Notes under the pieces: model-generated
Seen by the model: only the letters and a program-made list of their open reading frames with translations
The model's database searches: none
What the model was told of the DNA's origin: nothing
From: an uncultured Alphaproteobacteria bacterium
GTDB lineage: Bacteria > Pseudomonadota > Alphaproteobacteria > HIMB59 > GCA-002718135
Reading direction: 5' to 3'
DNA length: 64,000 nt
Assembly (NCBI GenBank): GCA_902602695.1
Contig: CACKRO010000002.1
Coordinates: 2,170 to 66,169, forward strand
Position numbers and translations under genes: made by a program
In this document: in pieces, positions 57,918 through 64,000 of the stretch
Layout of the letters: the number at the start of each line of letters is the position of its first letter
Numbering within the stretch: the stretch's first letter is position 1

Positions 57918-58498
57918 AAAAATCTAATTATAAACACACTGCCAACAAGTAAAATAAAAAATGTAATAGATAAGATATTAAAATATTTATCAATAAATAG
58001 TTTTATTTTTTCACCAAAAAAATACAACAGAATTGCAATTAAATAAAATCTAAGGCCTCTACCAATTATAGAAACTATAACAAATAAGTAAATATTTAAT
58101 CCGAATACACCGCTTGCTATTGTAATAAACTTATAAGGAAATGGAGTTATACCAGCTCCCAAAACAATCAAAATACCAAATTCTTTATAATAATTTTCAA
58201 AAATACTAAACGAATTTTCTAAATGATAAAATTCAACTATATACAAACCAATCGAATTGAAAAAAAAATATCCAATTGCATATCCAAACATGCCTCCTAG
58301 AACTGAAGACAAAGTACAGATAAAAGCATAAAATAAAGCTTTTGTTTTTGAAGCCAATGCCATTGGTATCAAAAGTATATCTGGTGGAATTGGAAAAAAC
58401 GAACTCTCAGCAAATGATATTAAACTTAAATACCATTTTGCATTTTTATGTTCTGCTTTTTTTAAAGTCCAAATGTAAATATTTTTAAGAAAATTCAT
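57914..58498 (-). CDS. YqaA/DedA-superfamily membrane protein
   Basis: FAESSFFPIPPDILLIPM is the hallmark motif. Confidence 0.65.
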   Translation of the reverse strand: MNFLKNIYIWTLKKAEHKNAKWYLSLISFAESSFFPIPPDILLIPMALASKTKALFYAFICTLSSVLGGMFGYAIGYFFFNSIGLYIVEFYHLENSFSIFENYYKEFGILIVLGAGITPFPYKFITIASGVFGLNIYLFVIVSIIGRGLRFYLIAILLYFFGEKIKLFIDKYFNILSITFFILLVGSVFIIRFL

Positions 58499-58579
58499 TA
58501 ATTATTACAATATAAATAATTTTGACTTATACTAATAACGATTTTAAATCTAAAAAATTTATCTTCTCAATATTTTTAA

Positions 58580-59776
58580 ATGGAAACGACAGAAACCAAA
58601 GAATTAAAAACAGCATTTTTTGCAACTTTTTCTCAAGGATTATTTGCAACACTCATTTTTAGTACTTTTATGGTTAACACCCCAATTCTTTTTGAGTTAA
58701 TAGAAATGACAAAAACTGAATTTTCAATAGGCTTTGTATTTTTTGGAATTTTTAATGTAATTACTAATCAATTAACCACGCGTTTTTTATTACCAAAAAT
58801 TGGAAGTACAAATTGCTTAATAATAGCAAGACTAATGTATTCCTTTATTCCATTTTATATTTTTTATTTTTCAAACTATAATATTTTTATTTTAGTTTCT
58901 ATATTCTGGGGAGTTTCTATTGGAATACAAGCGCCAAATATTTTTACACAAGTTGCTATTATAGAAGAAAGAACCAAAAAAATTCTTAATCCAATTTTTA
59001 AATCTTCTTTTAATTTTGGTTTTTTAAGTGGTGCAGCAATATCAAGTATTTGTCTTGGTTTTGACATTGATCCTATTTACACAACTTTTTTCATTGGGTT
59101 ATTTGTATTTATTTCATCACTATCAATGTATTTTTTTGGTTTAGAAAAAAAATATGATGTAGTGAATAATAATCCAAGATTTGCAGTTCCAAACTTCAAC
59201 ATTATTTTATTTGCATCTATTAATATGTTTATTATTGCGTTTATGGGAATAATTGTTCAATGGTCACCTCTTTGGCTTGTTACCGATTTGTCAGCCCCAA
59301 TATATCTAGTTGGATCAATTGTAATTTTTTTTAATGCTGGTGAGATCATTGGCAATATTTTTGCTTCTAGATTAATTAAAAAATTTAATGAATTAATTGT
59401 AGGCCCTTGTTTTGCAATGGTTGGATCAATAATATTATTTTTGAGTATAATTACTCAAAATATTACTATTATATTTTTATCGATAACAATATTTGGATTT
59501 TTAATTTCAAATGTTATGCCTATCGTATTTAGGCAGGCTGTATTGCACTCAAATAATCCAATACCTATAACAATTTCTCATATTTCAAGCATAGCTTTTG
59601 TAGGGGCTATATTTGGACCAGCAGTTGTCGGGATTTCCGCAGAAACATTTGGCTTAACATTTAATATGTACGTTTTAGGAGCAATTATGTTTTTGATTTC
59701 TCTATTAATGTATTTAATTATGTTCAAAAGTAAAAAAAAAATAGATAATAAAATACAAACATCTCAAAATTTTTAA
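58580..59776 (+). CDS. MFS-like 12-TM transporter, paralog 1
   Basis: A polytopic 398-aa protein, clearly homologous to the next gene along its whole length. Confidence 0.55.
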   Translation: METTETKELKTAFFATFSQGLFATLIFSTFMVNTPILFELIEMTKTEFSIGFVFFGIFNVITNQLTTRFLLPKIGSTNCLIIARLMYSFIPFYIFYFSNYNIFILVSIFWGVSIGIQAPNIFTQVAIIEERTKKILNPIFKSSFNFGFLSGAAISSICLGFDIDPIYTTFFIGLFVFISSLSMYFFGLEKKYDVVNNNPRFAVPNFNIILFASINMFIIAFMGIIVQWSPLWLVTDLSAPIYLVGSIVIFFNAGEIIGNIFASRLIKKFNELIVGPCFAMVGSIILFLSIITQNITIIFLSITIFGFLISNVMPIVFRQAVLHSNNPIPITISHISSIAFVGAIFGPAVVGISAETFGLTFNMYVLGAIMFLISLLMYLIMFKSKKKIDNKIQTSQNF

Positions 59777-59816
59777 GATTAGTTTTAAAACTAATATTTT
59801 AGAAAGATTAAATATT

Positions 59817-61007
59817 ATGTCTGAATATAAAGTATTAAAAAGATCTTTTTATATTGCTTACTCAGTAGGCTCATTAAACATTTTTCTATTAACTATTTAT
59901 ATGGTTCATGTCCCAATTTTACTAGATATACTAAAAATTACAAAAGTAGAATTCTCATTTGGATTAACATTATTTGGTTTATTTAGTATAATATCTAATC
60001 AAGCAACTACACTTTTTTTGACCCCAAAGATTGGAACAAAAAATTGTATTGTCATTTCAAGAACAATTATATCTTTTTTACCTTTCATAGTTTTTTTTTC
60101 AGAAAGTTATTCTGTTTTTTTAATTGTATCATCTATTTGGGGTTTAGCTATGGGTATACAGGTACCAAATGTATTGTTACAAGTTAGTATTATTGAAAAA
60201 GAAACTTCAGAAATTTTAAACCCTATATTTAAATCAGCTTTTTCCATAGGTGTAATATGTGGTTCAATAACTGCCAGTATTGCACTTGGGTATAATTTTA
60301 ATCCCATTAATATATTTATTTTTTTTGGTTTTATTTTTATTCTTTCAGCATTAACTATTTATTTTTTTGGATTACCAAGAAAATATGACATTGTGAGCAA
60401 AGGTTCAAAATTTACTCTTCCAAGTAAAGGTGTTTTTATATTTGGACTCATAAATATGCTTATTTTTGCTTCCATGGGAATAATTGCACAATGGTCATCA
60501 TTGTGGCTGCTTAATGATCTTAACGCAGCTATTTTTATGGCTGGCTCAATAGTACTTTTTTTTAACATTGGAGGAATAATTAGCAATTTTTTAGCATCAA
60601 ATCTTATCAATTTGTTTAATGAAAAAGTTGTAGGCCCTTACTTTTCCATAATAGGATCAATAATTCTGATAGTCAGTATTACAACAATGAACTTATATAT
60701 AATTCTATTAGCTATGATAATTTTTGGATTTTTTACATCAAATCTATTACCTATAGTAATTAGATTAGCTGTTAAAATCTCTAAAGAGCCTATGCCCAAG
60801 ACTATCTCTCATATAACTAGCATAGGTCAAGCAGGAGCTTTATTTGGTCCAGCAATTGTTGGTTTTGCTGCATCAATCTTTGGATTAACTTTTAATATGT
60901 ATGCACTAGGTTTTATTTTTTTAGGTATTTCGTTTTTATTATTAACAGCTATAAAAAATAATACAGTGGTAGGAGTAGAGGGAATCGAACCCACACCACC
61001 GAAGTGA
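59817..61007 (+). CDS. MFS-like 12-TM transporter, paralog 2 (3' end reads into the tRNA-Leu gene)
   Basis: It is collinear with paralog 1, for example PILFELIEMTKTEFS versus PILLDILKITKVEFS. Its last 41 nt overlap the complement of tRNA-Leu. Confidence 0.55.
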   Translation: MSEYKVLKRSFYIAYSVGSLNIFLLTIYMVHVPILLDILKITKVEFSFGLTLFGLFSIISNQATTLFLTPKIGTKNCIVISRTIISFLPFIVFFSESYSVFLIVSSIWGLAMGIQVPNVLLQVSIIEKETSEILNPIFKSAFSIGVICGSITASIALGYNFNPINIFIFFGFIFILSALTIYFFGLPRKYDIVSKGSKFTLPSKGVFIFGLINMLIFASMGIIAQWSSLWLLNDLNAAIFMAGSIVLFFNIGGIISNFLASNLINLFNEKVVGPYFSIIGSIILIVSITTMNLYIILLAMIIFGFFTSNLLPIVIRLAVKISKEPMPKTISHITSIGQAGALFGPAIVGFAASIFGLTFNMYALGFIFLGISFLLLTAIKNNTVVGVEGIEPTPPK

Positions 61008-61051
61008 CCGGATTTTGAATCCGGCGCGTCTACCAGTTCCGCCATACTCCC
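60967..61051 (-). tRNA. tRNA-Leu (anticodon CAA), class II with long variable arm
   Basis: An 85-nt hand fold. It has a GGGAGTA/TACTCCT acceptor stem and a CCGGA/TCCGG anticodon stem with loop TTCAAAA. The variable arm is CAC-UUCG-GUG, the T-loop is GGTTCGATTCC, and CCA is encoded. Confidence 0.9.
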
Positions 61052-61130
61052 ATATTATTTTTCCCTGTAATACTTGGTTTTCAAAGTTAAGTCTACCAAC
61101 ATGATAAGGAAATATTATTCGTAAAGTGTC
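61000..61130. repeat. direct repeat copy 1: tRNA-Leu 5' half plus ~80 nt of its upstream region
   Basis: It aligns with 63397-63539. The match is exact over the tRNA part and, by eye, about three-quarters identical over the upstream part, for example tttttccctgtaatacttggtttt versus tttttccaagtattacttggtttt. Confidence 0.8.
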
Positions 61131-61209
61131 TTAAAATATTTAATTCTTTATAAATTCACAAATCTACTTAAATTTTATAAAATAATTTTAAATTTAATAA
61201 TTTTATTTT

Positions 61210-62601
61210 ATGAACAAATTATTCACTGGAGACAATTTATATATACTTCATGGACTTAATTCAGAAAGTGTAGATTTAATTTATTTAGATCCACCTTTTA
61301 ATTCAAAAAGAAAATTTGACGCCCCTGTTGGGAGTATAGCTGCGGGTGCATCTTTTGAAGATATGTGGAATTGGAGTGATGTAGATTCATTATATTTGGA
61401 AGAAATAATAAACAACTATCCATTTTTAGTTCAATTTATCCAAACTATTGGAAGAATTAATGGAGACTCTATGAAGTCTTACATTACTTATATGACACAA
61501 AGAATAATAGAAATGAAAAGAATATTAAAGAATACAGGATCATTTTATTTGCATTGTGATTCTACTGCTTCTCACTACTTAAAAATAGTTTGTGATAGAA
61601 TCTTTAAAAAAAATAATTTTAGAAATGAAATTATTTGGAAGAGACTAAATGTTTCTGGCAAAGAGTCTCAATATAAAAAAAAGAAATACAGTTCTAACAC
61701 TGATATTATTTTATTTTATACTAAATCAGATGATTATTTTATCAATCCGTATAGAAAACTAAATGAAGATGAAATGAAAATTAAATTTCCATACGGTAAA
61801 TTTCCAAATAGATATAAATTAGGAACAAGACTTTTTAGGTCAACGACAGCTGGGCCAAGACCAAATTTATGTTATGAATGGAGAGGTTTTAAAAACAGGT
61901 CTGAAGCAGGTTGGGCACTAAGTAAGGAGAGACTTGAAGAGGAATATCAAAAAGGAAATATTGTAATTAAAAATGAAAAAAGTTTGGAAAGAAGATCATA
62001 TGAAAAAGACTATAAAGGTGAGCCAATCTCTAACATATGGGATGATTTAAATGAATGGACAAAAAATGAAAGAACTAAATTTCCCACACAAAAGCCTTTA
62101 AGCTTAATGAAAAGAATACTTTTAACAAGTTCTAAAGAGAATGATGTCGTATTAGATCCATTTTGTGGATGTGCCACAACATGTATTGCCGCTCAACAAT
62201 TAAATAGAAAATGGATAGGGATTGATATTAGTGAGGCCTCATCTAAAATTATGATTGATAGATTAAGTGATGATTCTGCATTATTTAAAGATTTTATTAA
62301 TATTAAATCTCCTCCTAAGCGCTCTGATATTAAAGAGGTCCCAGTTTCAAACAGCTTAAGACAAGAAATTTATAATAATCAAAAAGGTCAATGTAATGCT
62401 TGTGATTTACAAACAGATTTAAGGCATTTTGAACTAGATCATATCATACCACGTTCTAAGGGAGGTGGTGATTATTTTGAAAACTATCAGTTATTATGCT
62501 CAAGTTGTAATAGAATAAAAGGTGATAGACCAATGGCTTATCTTCTCCTAAAAATCCAGAAAATAAATAAACTCCATAAATACGAATTAAGTTTTAGTTG
62601 A
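61210..62601 (+). CDS. beta-class N6-adenine/N4-cytosine DNA methyltransferase fused to a C-terminal HNH nuclease domain
   Basis: Motif IV is DLIYLDPPFNS. It is followed by FPTQKPLSLMKRIL and motif I VLDPFCGCATTCIAAQ, which is the beta-class order. The C-terminal HNH is CNAC...FELDHIIPRSKGGGDYFENYQLLCSSCNRIKGD. Confidence 0.8.
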   Translation: MNKLFTGDNLYILHGLNSESVDLIYLDPPFNSKRKFDAPVGSIAAGASFEDMWNWSDVDSLYLEEIINNYPFLVQFIQTIGRINGDSMKSYITYMTQRIIEMKRILKNTGSFYLHCDSTASHYLKIVCDRIFKKNNFRNEIIWKRLNVSGKESQYKKKKYSSNTDIILFYTKSDDYFINPYRKLNEDEMKIKFPYGKFPNRYKLGTRLFRSTTAGPRPNLCYEWRGFKNRSEAGWALSKERLEEEYQKGNIVIKNEKSLERRSYEKDYKGEPISNIWDDLNEWTKNERTKFPTQKPLSLMKRILLTSSKENDVVLDPFCGCATTCIAAQQLNRKWIGIDISEASSKIMIDRLSDDSALFKDFINIKSPPKRSDIKEVPVSNSLRQEIYNNQKGQCNACDLQTDLRHFELDHIIPRSKGGGDYFENYQLLCSSCNRIKGDRPMAYLLLKIQKINKLHKYELSFS

Positions 62602-62715
62602 TTGCGATAAAATTTCTAATTTTTTTTTCGTATGTAGGTCATATTTCTTACTATCTAAAAGTGCAAAGCGTCGTATGAGCGTCGCAATTTTTTTTTAATT
62701 TGAGTAAAAAATTTT

Positions 62716-62799
62716 ATGATCATCATAATTATCCTGCTTCCAAACACGGAGATTATTAAGACTCTAATGAAAAATTATCGTATATGCAGACTGGGTTAG
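62716..62799 (+). CDS. candidate 27-codon Ile/Leu-rich micro-ORF inside repeat module 1
   Basis: It encodes MIIIIILLPNTEIIKTLMKNYRICRLG. All 5 substitutions relative to copy 2 within the shared 20 codons fall at third codon positions. No SD is present, and it conflicts with the promoter reading of the same bases. Confidence 0.25.
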   Translation: MIIIIILLPNTEIIKTLMKNYRICRLG

Positions 62800-62830
62800 T
62801 GGTAAGGCCTATCACTAACCCTTTGCTTTT
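62793..62830 (+). terminator. terminator-like hairpin plus T-tract (module copy 1)
   Basis: A perfect 9-bp stem GGGTTAGTG/CACTAACCC with an 11-nt loop, followed by TTTGCTTTT. Confidence 0.45.
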
Positions 62831-62897
62831 ACCTTTCCTTTAATTTTAAAATATCATTTTAAATTAACAAATTAGATTTTTTTACCTATAAGGGCAC

Positions 62898-63293
62898 ATG
62901 CGTTTGTTAAGCAAATTTTTGATTCTTTTTTTTTCAATACACGTGGCATTTACTGTGGTTGCTTATTTTTATGGCTTTTCATTTACCTTCCCTTTTATCA
63001 TGACAGAAGGCACTTATGTGCCTGAACATCGTTTACAAAGTTTACGTTTATCAACTTTTACCACTTTTGTTTATTTTGGTTTTCGATATTTATTCTTTGG
63101 TTCAGAAAAGTTGCATCCAATACAATTCTTAGGTGTTTCTTTATTTAACTTAGGTGTTCTAGGTGGTCTATGCCTTTATGTTAATGATATTAAAGACTCT
63201 TCAGAATATTTTTTAGTACCTTTTTTTATATTTTCATCAATAATTTTATATAACGCTGCCAATCCGAAAATTAGAAATTATTTTAAAACATAA
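62898..63293 (+). CDS. hypothetical 131-aa polytopic membrane protein (about 4 TM)
   Basis: An ORF with four hydrophobic segments. I recognise no family. Confidence 0.45.
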   Translation: MRLLSKFLILFFSIHVAFTVVAYFYGFSFTFPFIMTEGTYVPEHRLQSLRLSTFTTFVYFGFRYLFFGSEKLHPIQFLGVSLFNLGVLGGLCLYVNDIKDSSEYFLVPFFIFSSIILYNAANPKIRNYFKT

Positions 63294-63396
63294 CATTAGA
63301 TTATTTATACAGTTAAAATATTTTAATCAAAAAACGTATGAGCGTTAAATATTAAAAGATAACTATAATCTTATTGAATTAGTTTAGTTTTTTAAA

Positions 63397-63448
63397 CGAA
63401 GTGACCGGATTTTGAATCCGGCGCGTCTACCAGTTCCGCCATACTTCC
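63397..63448 (-). pseudogene. truncated tRNA-Leu(CAA) 5' fragment (positions 1-52, ending in the variable-arm UUCG loop)
   Basis: It matches 51 of 52 nt of 61000-61051. It lacks the 3' half of the variable arm, the T arm and the 3' acceptor strand. Confidence 0.8.
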
Positions 63449-63519
63449 TTTATATTTTTCCAAGTATTACTTGGTTTTTAAGTTTAAGTCTATGAAGTTG
63501 TTTGGAGGAATTGAATTCG

Positions 63520-63689
63520 AAAAGTTTCGTAAGAGTGTCGCTATTTTTTTGGTTAATTTGAGTAAAAAATTTTATGATAATCATAATTATCCTGCTGCCA
63601 AACACTGAGATTATTAAGACTCTGATAAAAAATTAGCGTATAGGCCGACTGGGTTAGTGGTAAGGCCTATCACTAGCCCTTTTTATTTT
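63520..63689 (+). repeat. repeat module copy 2
   Basis: A homolog of 62657-62830. Its micro-ORF is 63574-63636 (MIIIIILLPNTEIIKTLIKN, 20 codons). Confidence 0.8.
63651..63689 (+). terminator. terminator-like hairpin plus T-tract (module copy 2)
   Basis: The stem is GGGTTAGTG/CACTAGCCC. The single change gives a U-G wobble on the plus-strand RNA only. It is followed by TTTTTATTTT. Confidence 0.45.
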
Positions 63690-63835
63690 AATCAAAAAAA
63701 TCTTCTTTAAAATAAGTAGCACTTACTCAAATTAAAGATCATTTTATTGATAAAATCATTATAATAAAATTATGAAATTAATTTATTTTAAAGTTATTAC
63801 TTATAATATTTATAGACTGTTAATTAAAAATTATT

Positions 63836-64000
63836 ATGAATTCTTTTAATTCTAAAGAATATTTAAATTTTGTAAATATCTCATTAAAAAAAATGGATGA
63901 TGGTTTTTATGAGGAATCATTAATTGATTTAAAGAAAGTAATATCTTCTAATTTTTTTAAAAAATTAAAAACCAATGATCAACTTTTTATTAGAAAAAGA
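63836..64000 (+). CDS. 5' part of an unidentified ORF running off the window
   Basis: The frame is open for 55 codons from ATG 63836 to the window end (MNSFNSKEYLNFVNISLKKMDDGFYEESLIDLKK...). The function cannot be called. Confidence 0.3.
   Translation, partial: MNSFNSKEYLNFVNISLKKMDDGFYEESLIDLKKVISSNFFKKLKTNDQLFIRKR

Larger units (their letters stand above)
62657..62830 (+). repeat. repeat module copy 1 (promoter-like hexamers / tiny ORF / terminator-like hairpin)
   Basis: It aligns end to end with 63520-63689, with only scattered substitutions. Confidence 0.8.
61052..63396. mobile_element. putative ~2.35-kb inserted segment bracketed by the intact tRNA-Leu and a duplicated tRNA-Leu 5' half
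   Basis: Flanking direct repeats are identical over 49 nt (61000-61048 = 63397-63445), with diverged upstream homology beyond them. The cargo is accessory-type genes. No recombinase is seen. Confidence 0.45.

Noticed and set aside
60827-61045. A 72-aa minus-strand ORF (MAELVDAPDSKSGHFGGVGSIPS...).
   Set aside because: It is simply the translation of the tRNA-Leu gene and the antisense of the transporter 3' end. This is a classic spurious ORF over a tRNA.

Overview
This is a very AT-rich, tightly packed alphaproteobacterial chromosome segment. It looks like SAR11/Pelagibacterales: tiny intergenic spacers, many ATGA/TAATG stop-start overlaps, and F1 ATPase genes separate from F0. About 58 kb is core housekeeping. 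This includes leuCDB-asd, a contiguous TCA block (sdhCDAB-mdh-sucCDAB-lpdA), tal, priA and atpHAGDC. It also includes the rplU-rpmA-obg-proBA-nadD-rsfS-ctpA-rppH string, gloB, metXW preceded by a SAM-II-like riboswitch, a chorismate mutase/aminotransferase fusion with tyrA, and plsC. The core continues with lysA/argH and an acyl-CoA ligase/metY cluster, then coq7, dsbB, two tandem MFS-like paralogs and two tRNAs: Arg-UCG and Leu-CAA. No rRNA, CRISPR array, IS element or integrase is visible. The unusual part is the last ~3 kb. tRNA-Leu(CAA) is followed 2.35 kb later by a duplicate of its own 5' half plus upstream region. Between the two copies lie a DNA methyltransferase-HNH nuclease fusion and an orphan small membrane protein. 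A ~170-bp module carrying a tiny Ile-rich ORF or sRNA and a terminator-like hairpin is present twice, once between the two tRNA copies and once just beyond the second. A 12-nt core motif recurs at every homology breakpoint. Other items worth a second look are a G+C-enriched, internally duplicated structured element upstream of sdhC, an untracked 46-codon ORF wedged between two genes, and a secreted HExxH protein. All functional calls come from reading the translations and sequence by eye. No database search was run.
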